DNA from: Epiperipatus broadwayi
Taxonomy: Eukaryota > Animalia > Onychophora
Reading direction: 5' to 3'
Assembly: GCA_028023455.1 (NCBI GenBank)
Contig: JAQFVV010000009.1
Span: forward strand, 10,478,001-10,542,000
Length of the DNA: 64,000 nucleotides
A program made the translations under genes and the position numbers. This document shows, in pieces, positions 1 to 12,419 of this stretch. Position 1 is the stretch's first letter. Every line of letters starts with the position of its first letter. The notes beneath the pieces are model-generated. The model worked only from the letters and a program-made list of their open reading frames with translations. It had not been told where the DNA came from and did not search any database.

Positions 1-57
1 TGTAAAAGTAAGAATTAGTTTGGAAATAAGAAAATTGTTCAAAAAAGAAATATTACT

Positions 58-530
58 TTGAATAAATTATTAAATAATACAAAGGAATTTTTTGATAGAA
101 AGACTATTTCTGGAGTAGTATATATTATCTCTTGTTTTTGTAAAAAGATGTATATAGGTCAAAGTAGTTTGAACTTAAATGAAAGAATGAAAGTACTTAA
201 AATAGGGTTAGAAAAAAATATCTTAGTTCTGCTTTATATATCCATGAAAAAGATATAGACCACACTATTAATTTTGATGAGGCTATAGTTGTCTTCTTTA
301 AAAGAAATAAAATAAAAAAAATTAAAAAAATTTTATTTTTAAAAATTTATGATTCTGAAGCAATGAATTTATTTAAAAGTTCTTTTAATATTAAGAGTAT
401 ATAGGATATAAGTGGAATTGTAGATATTGTTTAATTTAAATAAGTTGTTATTGTGTAGTTCTTTACACTTGAGAAGTCTGCTTGTAGCAATGAAACCAAT
501 GGTTGTGTTTTAGAGTTTATATTTGTTGGT
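58..530 (+). mobile_element. Penelope-like retroelement 3' fragment (GIY-YIG endonuclease remnant plus 3' terminal region)
   Basis: ORF 58-258 contains SGVVYIISCFCKKMYIGQS..ERMK (GIY-YIG pattern VY.I.C.C...YIGQ/ET....R). A frameshifted continuation reads SALYIHEKDIDHTINFDEA. An HHR-like motif follows at 465-508. Confidence 0.75.
465..508 (+). ncRNA. Degenerate hammerhead ribozyme, U3:A8 core variant
   Basis: acac-TTGAGAA-gtc TGC ttgta GCA at-GAAAC caatg GT t-gtgt. Stem I acac/gtgt, stem II TGC/GCA, near-palindromic stem III ACCAATGGT. Position 17 is T, consistent with CpG decay of GTCG. Confidence 0.5.
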
Positions 531-557
531 TAGTCTGGTATATATAACAATAAAAAT

Positions 558-739
558 AATAAATATAATGGTAATCAACTATTATATACAGTCTTTCAAT
601 CCCAAAAAGTACTTTTGGTTAATTCCTTAACCCTTTTCAACTGTCATTAATGGTAATTGAGAGGGTTTAAAGAAATAACCAAAAGTACTTTTGCAGATTG
701 AAAGACTGTATATAATAGTTAATTATCATTATATTTATT
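558..739. repeat. ~180-bp near-perfect palindrome (fold-back)
   Basis: Arms 558-641 and 655-739 are reverse complements, e.g. tatacagtctttcaatc / gattgaaagactgtata and aaaagtacttttggtt / aaccaaaagtactttt. Confidence 0.9.
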
Positions 740-1499
740 TATATTCTTTTACAATAGTTTTTAATTAACATACATTTTATTTTTATTATATGTATGTATT
801 GTACTATTTTATATATGTCTAACAATATTTATTAGACATGAATGGCCATAAGATTAGTTTATATATATCTGTTAAAGATATACCTATAACCTTCCATGCC
901 CACACCTAATCTAGGTTATGGTAGTTAACCATTTTTAATTTTAGTATAAGCATAGTATATTTCCCAGGTAATATGGTTCTATGTAATATGGTTCTAATTA
1001 TAACTAACTAACTTTCCCTATATTGTTGCCTTTACTGGTTTAAAATTTTTTTTATTAGGTGCCAGGATTCTATTTTAGATATTCTTATTAAACTGATAAT
1101 GAACATAAGTTTCCCACCCTTTCTCACACCATACCAAAACCCTCTCTATAATGTGAATGAACTAATAACTCAGATATTAACATACACTTATAATATTTAC
1201 ACAAAATAATGCAAAAATATTATATAACTATATTGTGACCTCACAAATAATAAATCTAAAAATATAATAATATTGTTGGCATCAACAGTTGAATTTACCC
1301 AGAAGATTGCTGAAAGAAGATAATTACAAGACTTAAGTAAATGACACATTGTAAATCTTTTTTTTTATTACTTTTTTTTTTTATAAGTATATTGAATAAA
1401 AGCGAAATAACAAAAGAAAATTTATGTCATCATAGCAAAATTATTTCTTGGATTCATTAACCATATAAATAGTTCTTTATGGTCCATTAAAATATGTTT

Positions 1500-2056
1500 T
1501 CTTTTCTCCTGGTTTGTGTAAGACATGAGTATTCTATAAAGTTATTTCAATAAGCATATAAGTTTAAAAATTTGATTTCTTACTGGTAAGATTGTTTCAT
1601 GGCATCATTCCTTGGTAATACATAACATCCTCAGATTTTCTTCATGGTAGGTCCAATAGGTTCCAGTTTTGATGCAAGGCTTCTATTTTTGTCAGGTGGT
1701 GATTTCACTCTTCTAAATCATCATAAGTAGGTTCAAGGGAATGGAATGATCAGCAATGTACAGGCCTTCTAGCCACCTGTCTGAATGTCAGCGGTTATCA
1801 TGAGGTAGTTGAACATCTTTTCAAAAATTCAAAAAACAAAAGACACTTCTTTATTTATGTCCATTCCTTTTATATCCCTCCAAAAACTCATTACACATGT
1901 GTATGTTGAATACCACCCACATTCCTTTTTCAAAATTTTTATCTTTATATTTTTGTTCTCAAAGTTCTCTTTTTTATCTTTGTAGTTACCATGACCAAAT
2001 TTAATTACCAATATTTCCTTTGTATAATTTCTATCAATATTACAATCAGTATTCAC
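1500..2056 (-). mobile_element. Probable Merlin/ISXO2-like transposase remnant
   Basis: Frameshifted minus-strand translation gives KFG.., VFGGI*KE..KKCL, TGG*KAC (cf. SDGWKAY) and NHHLTKIE..W, in the order expected for ISXO2/Merlin DDE transposases. Many stops. Confidence 0.45.
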
Positions 2057-5000
2057 TTTTATTATTTAACTTGCTCTTTTTTAAATGAATGAAAAGAAAA
2101 AAAAAACAATGTATTGCCTCAGAGAAAAGAAATTTTCTAATTTTAATCCAATAAAATATCTATTCTATACATTAATTTGTTTTATGTTATTTTCCTTTTT
2201 TGTTTTTATATTTGTTTTAGCAAAATCTTCAAATTCAACTGCTAACACACTTTGAACAGTTGTAGTATATATATATGTTGAATTAAATGTTTATATGGAT
2301 GGTTATTATAATTATGAATAGAAATGATATTGTTGCAATAGTCATCATATGTATGACAGATATGTACAACTGAAATGTAGCAATTAAGATGGTGTTCATG
2401 TGGGAGTCATCAAATGACTGTTGATTTGAAATTAATACAATTTTTATACAAATAAAATATAGTTTAAAATTCTAAGACTCTCCATTTGGGAACATGTTAG
2501 TTTAGAAATTAATAAGGTCTTTATGTTCATAATATCCTATTATTAAAAATATTTTTAATATAGAAGAAAAAATGTAAATCTTATTTTCATATATTATTTA
2601 ACAGTATTATTTAGCTATGCAAATAATGATGAAAATCTCTAATGGTTTTAACTCTTGTAGCTTCCTAAATTTCTTCTTATTCATTATAAACATCTTGATG
2701 GTGTTACCTATTGCCATTCTGTAGATATCAATATGACTATTTTTTATAAGTATATTATAACTATAACTAAATGCATTTAAAAATTATATCCCAAAAAGAA
2801 TATAAAGAAATTTTATCAGTCATATGATTTTTGACAGCTAAGATAAGTATCCACCATTTAATCTAAATCTATACACAAAAGATAAATTGCTCCCATTTTA
2901 TCGTATTTGTAAATAATGTTCAGTTTTACAAAGTTAAACACATTTATAAAATAATGTTGTGTCATCAAATAAATCTAGATATTATATTCTATATAAGTTA
3001 ACAAATTGTAGTTAACACATTCATTCATTAAAAGTAATTTGAATAGTTGTTTGTTTTATTTCTCAAATTTATCAGAATTGTTTATATTAGTTTGCAAATT
3101 AGAAGCTAATTGAAATTTTTAAAAAAGTCTATTTTCATTAAGCTTGAATGTGTAAATAAGATTTATTTACCATATTTCTGCTACCAAAGTAAATGTTGTA
3201 CAGTTTAATATAAAATATATTTATTACACATATATGTGACATCCTTAATAAGTTGTAGAGATGTTTGGATATGATTCCTATAGCCTTTCTACTAGCATTG
3301 GAAGTTTTTATTTTGTGTTGGAGATTTAGTTGTTGTTGTTTTTTTAAATTACTGACAAAATTATTTAAATTGAATCTATATTGACAAGTTATTTTCAAGA
3401 ATCATAAATGTTATTAATCATATTTTATTTGTAGAATAACAATATGATATAACATGATGATTATCATTGGGAAAGGAGAGACAATTAAAATCTTTAATAG
3501 ATCATCTCATTTATTGGTCTGTTATTGTTTAATTGTCTGATCTCTAACTCTGTTTCATAAAATAGATCAAAATAAACTCTACACTTGAGGATTGTTTTTT
3601 TCTTTCTATATTTCATGACTAGTTTAAATTACAAATAAATGAAATTCAAAATATTTACTTTCTTGTAATATCAAGGAATGATTAAATTCATAATTTAGTG
3701 ATTATCCACATAAGCATAAGGAATTTATTGCCTCAGAATGTTTAAATTGGATATCAAACAATCTAGCTCATTAACTCTAATATTGTTTTTTTACAAACCA
3801 ATTCTTGTAAAAACTCTCAACATTTAAAAATTTTTTCTATTCATTCATATTATCAAGCATTAACATATCCATTTTCTGAAATAAGTAGAATTATACCATG
3901 TTGTTGATGTATGTTTTACTATGTAATATATTGTAATGGTACAAAAAATAATGTGTATCATGGGGAGATGGGAATCATCATCATCCCCATGAAAGACTGA
4001 TCATCAAGTTTAAAATGAATAAGGACATTAATACTTTTTAAAACAATTATTTAATACACATTTTTGTATTTTATATATTAATAATAAAAAAAATCAAAAT
4101 TAATATAATTGTATTTTTTGAATTTAAAATATTATTGTAATATATTTTCCAAATAAATGTAATTATTGGGGTGTGTGTATATATGCAACTTTTCTCATTC
4201 TTATATGAAACTCTTTTTAGCACACTATATTTAATCTATAGATGGATATCATATAAATATATAATTTAATATAAGGGTTAAATGTTTATTATTTTTATAG
4301 AGTAACTTTAATGCTCAAATTAACCTTTTGCCTTTGTAATATTTTCTCCTTTTTCTAATGTTTGGTTGACTTGAGAATTTCATTTGTTATTATTACTATT
4401 GTTATTGTTTATATATATATTCTTTTCCATTTAAATGTCTTTCATTTTTCTGGATCATGATTAGTGTGGATAATGCTTATTATTTCATGAGTATTTCAAT
4501 ACATATATACAATTCAATCATTAAATAAATTAATGTTCTGGTGCTTAATATATTACATATATATATTTAAAGTGGCATGCATAATATTTCACGAATGCTC
4601 TAGTGTGGACAAAAATAATTTATGCCCATTTTATGTGTATTGATTGTCAACATATTCAGGCTTTAAAACCAATCAGTACCCCAATCATAGTATTGTTCCT
4701 CATAACAAAATCCAGATATTTAAAACCTCTACTTCATATAACAATTAGAAATTCATTTCAATATATGTATATAGTGAGAGTGACAAGTCTGCTATCTTTT
4801 TCATTAGATCAATATTACAAACATACAGGAAAGTCTTATTTATTATAATAAAATTTCTGTAAAAAATATATTTCACATTACAAAAATATATACTATAAAA
4901 ATGTCCAGTTTTTGAAAACTCACAATATTATACACTGAAAAAATAAAAAACTCAATAAAAATATCAGTAAAATACATGAATACTGAATATATATATATCC

Positions 5001-6145
5001 AGATTAATAAAATAATTCTTACAATTAAAGCAAATAAAACTCATCTTTGAAAGCAGTTTTTACTACGTAGAATATTTTTACTAATTTTGTTATGTGAATT
5101 TGTGAACACTGATACTGTCTTTAGGTTGAATGGATTCAGAGATCAAATTAATCTTTTCAAACACATGATAAATTTGCTTCAAAATATTGTCTGTTTGTGT
5201 GTGTGTTATAAACATTTATTAGAATAGTTTTGACTATTGAACCTGATTATCTCTTTTTTTTTTTTTTAAATTGTTCAAAAACTAATTTGATTTTTTTTGT
5301 ACACCTTTTTTAAACAATTGTTGTATTTTGACTATATTTAGACTATTATCAGATTGCTTCATCTGTTATAAGCTTTTGGAGCTTTAGCATAAATGATGAG
5401 AATGATGATGACTTCATCATATTTAAACAATAAAATACTTCAGAATAAAGAAACAGAGTGGCTTTTAAAAATTCTACTTAACGAGAATATGATTTATTTG
5501 AGAGAGTGAATAATAAAACAGTTATGTTAATAAACAAAAGTAAAAGAGTGCTCAACTGGTTATTTATTAATTCCCAGTCTATAAGAATATCAGTGTAAAG
5601 GGTCTTTTGAACTGAAATATTGATATTGGTGGAACATCAAAGCCTTGCTACATAGCTGAGAATTTCCTAAACAAACTTAGGATTATTTTTTAGGTTACCT
5701 TCCTGTAGCTCATCCAGATACTGTTCTTAACTGCAGATTAAAGATCAAAATAATCTATGTTGGGCAGGTGAAAGTTGACACACCCTTGGGAGATTCAACT
5801 ATGAACACTGCGTCTGTGCTTTATTTCTGTAGATAAAGTATATAAAAATCTAAATTATATTATACTATAACTTAATTTTTCATGGTGAATGATTTTATAT
5901 TTTTTGTATCAAATTTCAGAGATAGTATGAAAAAGCAAACAGAATTTTTTTTTTGAATCAAACTGTATGAAACAGAATCCAAATACTGGAATATTAATTC
6001 ATTTTTAACATAATTAATTCTTTTTAACTTTTAAAAGACAAAGATCTCTCAGAGAAAGATTAAAAAAAAGTTTTAAAAAAAGTTTGATAAATTTTTATGC
6101 TAATTCAACTGATTTAATTTCTTTTCTTTAATGTCTGTATTAGAT

Positions 6146-7150
6146 AACTGGTTCTCAACATGGATTCTATTGTCTCGCTGGGGTGTTAGACGTGTTAGGC
6201 TCCAAAAGAGGGACAGAGAGCATGGAGTCACAAAGCTATACTTTTAATATATAATTCACAGGAGGGTATGAACAATTAATAAATAATGAGATAAACTTTA
6301 AAAAATAATTACTTCAAAAAAGTCAAATGTAACAGACAATAGCATTCTACTTAACAAGGACTAGTGTTTCAGTTTATAGTTTGCTAAAGTAAATTATTGT
6401 TCAGCTTTGATGAAAATACTCTACATAAAAGTCTAGTTTAACAAATTGTTTACCTCAGGAAATATTATTTTACATTTTATTACAATTTAAATATTTTTAA
6501 TTTAATGTATAATTGCATATAACTCAAGTTATACAATATCATATTGTTATAAAATGAAGAGCCAGGAATTTTCAAACAATCTAATTTAACTATTATATAA
6601 CTTTGCTGCTCATTTGCATATACATTTGAGATGCTGCAACCTCACCGTGAATATTTCATTTCTATGAAAGAGAATAAGCAGATCATATTTATATCGTTTA
6701 AAAATGAGAATAGTTTTGTTTAGGTTTACGATTACTGAGCTTTATTAGATAAGTAATATATAATTGTTTGATTTATGTTATATAAAATGTATTACTTAAA
6801 AATATTGCGTATCGAGATCCGTCTTTAATTTATCATAGTTCTAATGTAGTGATGCAACTAACTATTCTTTCAGTAACCACATAGCATAGCTTTATGCATT
6901 CAATTGAAGAACATTCATTATACTGTATATTTATTATTAATTACGTTATTTATTGATACTATTTATTTTTTTTTTAGAAAAAATAATAACAAATTTATAA
7001 AAGTCAGAAAATAAATGTAGGCGGTATTCTGTGGAATGTTTGAAATATGATTTTATACAAGCACCAAAAAACAATCAATTCTTAATCCACCTCAGTTGTG
7101 AAAAAAACATTTTCAAATTAGGCCGAAGAACAACCAATAACTTCAGCAGT
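6146..7150 (+). mobile_element. hAT (Buster/Charlie-like) transposon 5' remnant
   Basis: TIR-like aactggttctcaacatgg at ~6146 (cf. CAGTGGTTCTCAAC). Positions 7017-7140 translate as CRRYSVECLKYDFIQAPKNNQ..SCEK, resembling the N-terminal BED-finger region of Buster-type transposases. No right TIR found. Confidence 0.55.
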
Positions 7151-7424
7151 TATGCAACTGCTTTTAAAAATAGCGTGAAAATCAAATATTCTAATTTAAT
7201 AGAATAAATAAATATATATATTTTTAAATAATGAAGAATTAATATTTATCTAAATATCTGACAGTTATGGTGATTGCATTTTACTCATAATTATATGTTG
7301 GACTATTTTCATCATTTAGTATGATTGTTAAATATTTCTAAAAAAAAAAATAATCAAATTTTATTTATATTTTTTCAAATATCTTCAACTGTTATTACTA
7401 ATGCATGTGTTAGTATCTAACATA

Positions 7425-7700
7425 TTTTGAATGAATACATTGTACAGGCTTAACACCTGCATTTATATATGTAATATATGCGGGATTCGAACGCAGACTT
7501 TCACACGACCCACAACTCTCACTGCCATCTTATATTGCTGACCCACCTGATCACTTACATGTTGAAAAGATAAATAATCACCAATATGTGTATTTCGTGC
7601 TAAACCAGCACTCATCACCATCTCCACATATATATATATAATCAGTACCCAGCTTTATATTAAGATAGCCAAACTTAAATTACAAACTTACTCCTTTCAA
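7425..7700 (+). repeat. Partial copy of the ~469-bp HHR/B-box repeat family
   Basis: Shares gaaaagataaataatcaccaatat..gctaaaccagca with 29232-29993. Perfect antisense B-box gggattcgaac at 7482-7492. Confidence 0.8.
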
Positions 7701-9752
7701 TACCACTCCACCAAGATGTGTGAATTTACCAAACAACAATTGGAAATCACTAAACAAGACATTGCATTAAAATTTAATTTCTATCCATACATCCAATCGA
7801 TATGATATTCTCAGATCTATTATCAGATACCTCAGATGTTTTACTGTTTCCACAGTTCTCAATTTGGATGCTTACATCTGATAAAACAATTCTCATGATT
7901 TATAAAAACTCTTTCAATAAATTTTCTAAGCATTTCCATTTATCTAACACTTAATCTTTACTATTCATCTAACATTTAATCCTTCCAGAAATGATATTCA
8001 AAAACAGTTAATAACTTTTATTCAAAAGATGATTAATTCTTTATCAAAAACATATCTATCACACATGCTAAAATAATTCTTATCAACCTATCAATATTTT
8101 CTAAACTAGTCTATTACATCCTTACAATTGAATGTAATAATTCCTTTATGTTGCAATTCCCATCAATAGAATTCAGAGGCATACCAAATTCAGTGGCATG
8201 TCATTGTATTTTATTTTCATATTTAATTTATAATTTCTTTTAACATTTTAATTCATTTCAAAATCATATTTTCTGCTATACTTGATAAGGCTCCTATAGA
8301 CACTTCATCATCGTAATCATCAAAAGTGTTTCTTATTCAATACTTTGACTCAACAATAAAAACACTGATTTGTATAAACTAAATACTTTCTCATTAAAAT
8401 CAATTTCCTTCATTTAAGTTTGAATGAGACTCAACATTGATGTTATCTGTTCACATTGTAGCAGAAATGAAAAAAATTATGAATTATTTTTATTTCATTG
8501 TCCTGAATTATAAACATATAGAAACATAATACATTGTTGCTAAATAAATTTTATGGTTTCTAAGGTATCATTCTATTTTCAATTCTAACACAAGCAAATT
8601 ACAGTTTCAATTTTTTTTAAATAATTTTTTTGCTATAATTAAAACAAGAAATTAAGCCTGACTGCCTTTGATATTTCAATTATATGAACCCCTTTCTCAT
8701 TACTTGAAAATTTATAAGCAAGGACTAAATAATAATTATGTATATTCATTTCATATCATATAATTATATATATTTATATGTCTTGTATAAATGTAACAGA
8801 TAAAATAATCTGTATTCTTTCTGTTCTAACTTGTAACCCACTATTGTAATCGTTTTTCTTTTGTTTATCAATAATATATTATTTTAAGATGCTGTAAAAA
8901 AAATTTTTAACCTAAAATACAGTATTTGTTTGGTAAATTCAGTTATAAGTTTTTTTTAATTTATAAGAAGTAATAATAGTTTTTTGTAAAATGAAAAGTT
9001 TAGATTAAAAAGATAATATAGAATAAAAAACAATGTGGGAATGAGAATATACACATATCTCTAATACACTAACATAGAATTTAACTTGGAATTCAGATAT
9101 AAATGTTTCAGATGATCTAAATAGATCTTTAAAGATAATGATAGCTCTGATGTTGATATGCTAAAATAAATTGTGTTCATTAGATGACAAACAAAGGCAA
9201 AGTGCCACGATTGATGATTAAGTATAGTCATAACATTTTATCACTGTACTTGGAAGCTGGCAGACATTATATACAAATAATTCATTCATTACACTAGAAT
9301 TTATAATGCATGCATGTGCACATAATGCACATATGTTGTATTATTTCTATCACTAACAATAAATATTGAATGTTTTTCAAAATAATTTAAACCTTGTTTA
9401 AATTTTCCAATTACATTCAGCTGCTAGTAATAGCACATAGATTAGTATAAACACAACATTTTGAGTGGTATTATTTGCCTTTCTTTTTCAGATGTTGCTA
9501 GCCCAACCAGTTACAGTACTAGCATAGATATTAAACTTGGACTTTTAGGTTTTGAATAGTCAATTTTAAGGTAACCAACTGCCATATTCAGCCATGTTTT
9601 GCTATAAAAAATTTACATTGTTCTTCAGATATAATGTAAATGTTATATTAAAAAATTAAATACTGTCTAGTGCAGTACTAGTAATGATAAATATAATAGA
9701 AAATCATATAACATTACAATACCAGCTAAAAAACAAAACTTTATTAACCTTC

Positions 9753-9802
9753 TTTCAAAACCATGGTTTCATCTATTAACAGATAGTCATTCTCAAGTGA
9801 AA
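9753..9802 (-). ncRNA. Hammerhead ribozyme remnant, U3:A8 core variant
   Basis: Minus strand: tttcac-TTGAGAA-tga CTAT ctgtta ATAG at-GAAAC CATG GT t-ttgaaa. Palindromic stem III ACCATGGT. Cleavage-site C is mutated. Confidence 0.6.
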
Positions 9803-9992
9803 TTTAAATAGATACAAACAATATATTTATATAAAACAAAATAGTCTTTTCATAATTCGCTTCAACAAACCATCCATGTTTAACATTAATGGATGTCTTC
9901 ATGAGATTGATGGATGTATCTTTTTGATGTTAAAGGTGGTTGGTTATAAGACTATTTTGTTTTGTACTTATATTTGTTTATATCTAGTTGAA

Positions 9993-10033
9993 TTTCACTT
10001 GAGTATTTAATAGATGAAACCATGGTCATGAGA
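9993..10033 (+). ncRNA. Hammerhead ribozyme remnant (stem II partly deleted)
   Basis: tttcac-TTGAGTA-tttaatagat-GAAACCATGGTC-atgaga. Retains the GUC triplet; inverted sister of 9753-9802. Confidence 0.5.
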
Positions 10034-10978
10034 GAACTTTTATTAAAATTTTGTTTTTTAAGCTGGTATTGTAATATTATATGATTTTCTATTTGTAAAT
10101 AGTAAACAAGCAGAAATGATTATTTGATAAGTTTTAAATATGAATGATTTGTTTCTTTGATACACTTTCTTCCCATATCCTTTTGAACAGAATTCAGAAA
10201 GCACAATAAGATGAATAAGAATGAAATATGTATTATTTTACAAAAATAAATAGTGTCCCTTTGTGGTTCAGTGCATTGGTCAAATAGTGAACTTTGGAGC
10301 TTAACGTTTATGAATCGCAGTCCAGTTGTCACTTTTTATATTTTTACAAAAAAAAATTGTATAACTTAATAAAGTTGTTAACTAAAATTGCTACTGCTTC
10401 AGAACATATTAAATGTTAATATAAGTTATATATTTAAAAAAGTGTTTAGTGATGTCAAAGATTCAACTGTTTAATAATCTTAAAATTACTATATCTGCTA
10501 TTTAGTAGTTATTATTATATATAAAAGCAATATTTTTTAACAAAAACATGTTCCTAAAGGAGCAAAAAATATTTTCTTATAATAAAAGTTAAAAAGGACA
10601 ATAATAAGTTTCCAATCAACAATTAAGACCATACATATTATATTATAATCATAGTTTTGTTTTTGTAGTTAATGCTTTTTTTTACTCATTTGATTAATCC
10701 AGTTTAACTGGGAATCTTTATCCTCTAACAAGTAAATGCTAGACACCCATTTATTGATCAATATTGGATAGATAACTAAGTTCGCTATGGACCAGTTATG
10801 TGAACGAAAAATTGACTCTTACAATTAGATTCTAACTGCTTGTGTTTTTTTGTGAACGAAAAATTGACTAGAGTAGGTTGTATATAATAAATGAAATCTC
10901 TCATCTGATTCTATAAGTCATAGTATGAGTAAAATAAATACATACCAACTGTAAATATAGTCACACTTTTAAAATTAG

Positions 10979-11083
10979 ATTCTAACTGCTTGTGGGTTTT
11001 TTAATGGTAGTAGACACTGGATTCGGAGACATGCTTTTCCTAGAACTGGAAGAGGGATAACGCTGCTATCTAATGATTATAAG
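10979..11083 (+). CDS. Candidate internal coding exon of an unidentified gene (ILTACGFFNGSRHWIRRHAFPRTGRGITLLSNDYK)
   Basis: cacttttaaaattag|ATT acceptor and AAG|gtaaaa donor. 105 nt, open in only one frame, phase 0/0, GC-richer than flanks. Protein family not recognised. Confidence 0.5.
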
Positions 11084-11680
11084 GTAAAAGTGAATTTGAT
11101 AGTATATAAGAACACAGCCCCCATAAATAAATTTAATTTGCTTGTTTATCATTTTTACCTTGATAACTGGACCTCAAACTTAATGTACATTTATATGTGC
11201 AGAATATTCTTTGCAAAACTGAATATTAATTTTTTTATCTGAAGTTTATTCTGTACATCTGATTTACGTTCATATAACTAGGCGAAATTTTTGCATATGT
11301 TGTTATTGTATTTTAGTTGTCTTTACCTTTGTGTGACCTTTGTTTTATTATTATTGAACCAATCAACAGATCTGAATTGTAATGTTTAAATTTTTTTTAT
11401 TTGTTTTCGTGAGTATGCTGAGAATGATTTATTGTTTTATAGATTCTTTTATATATTTATAAAAAAGATTCTTACTAAAGTGTTTTATCAAAGATTCCAA
11501 ACGAAATTTTTTTTTCTCTCAGTTGTTCCCCTTTTTGTTTTACAGTTATATATTTGCGATATTAAGAGGGTAGGTTTACTGCAAACATTTTATGATTTTA
11601 GATGACTAGTTTTAGCAAATATTTATAAGGAAAAATGCATTCACTCAACATTCATATTTATCTGTTAATCAATCCAACAG

Positions 11681-11754
11681 AATACAAATAAGAGTTTAAA
11701 TATGACAAGTTCTAAAATGATTGCACGAGCATGGCAAAAGGACTTTGTGCAATG
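11681..11754 (+). CDS. Candidate internal coding exon (NTNKSLNMTSSKMIARAWQKDFVQ-W)
   Basis: atccaacag|AAT acceptor and TG|gtaaat donor. 74 nt, phase-0 start compatible with exon 10979-11083. Confidence 0.45.
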
Positions 11755-12419
11755 GTAAATAAGGGGGTTCATTAGGTAATGGAAAGGAGAAGGAGGGGGG
11801 GGGTCTTCATGTGATATTCTAATGTCATAGAATCTCCTGATAACTGATTAATTATCACTATCGTATTTTCAGCAAAGCAAATTTAACATTAATAATAATA
11901 GAACACTATGAATATTGGGTTGATGACAAATGAGATCTTTTATAAAATGTAAATTTAAATGCTTATTGAAAAGATTGTATATAAACAAATTATATTCACT
12001 TTTATGACACCAGATGTCATTGTAATAATACAATTTAAATAAATACAAATGAAAAAAAAAGGAAAGATTATATTGACCTTGAGAATTGTAAATAATTTCG
12101 GAAGGGACGCTAGAGAAAATGTATATGCATACATAATGCTTAAATTAATCTTAAAATGTAAAATTGATTTGAACAATTTTAGAAATTTTGTGAATACCAA
12201 TGTAAAATGTCTGATGCAGCTAAGTGAGATGTTAAAGCAACTGCCTCAGACACGGGCTTAAAATAGCCCTAAAATAGGGCATTGTATTAAAAATATTTGT
12301 ATATTTAATAAATATATTATTTTTTTCCCATTGCATTCTGTGCTTTCTTCATAATACGCCTTTTCAAAATACATATTTGTTAAAGCTTGCCTTAGGTGTC
12401 AAAATTGATTGGAAGCCTG

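Larger units (their letters stand above)
9695..10093. mobile_element. Inverted-repeat pair of HHR-bearing, PLE pseudo-LTR-like segments
   Basis: Arms 9695-9848 and 9948-10093 are reverse complements around a ~100-bp spacer. Each arm carries an HHR motif reading outward. Confidence 0.75.

Noticed and set aside
2700-3200. Possible CR1/L2-type RT remnant on the minus strand (VDTYLSCQKSYD)
   Set aside because: Single weak motif match only.
5681-5832. GC-richer island with possible exons on either strand (YLPVAHPDTVLNCR on +, KNSIWMSYRK on -)
   Set aside because: Conflicting splice readings with stops in most frames; it could equally be a decayed transposase. Not resolvable by eye.
7780-8300. 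Minus-strand RYVFD / LRYL RT-like words
   Set aside because: Too decayed to assign confidently.
12205-12250. Hairpin tgtctgatgcagct / aactgcctcagaca as pre-miRNA or SECIS
   Set aside because: Stem too short for a pre-miRNA, no SECIS GA quartet, and no known mature miRNA recognised.
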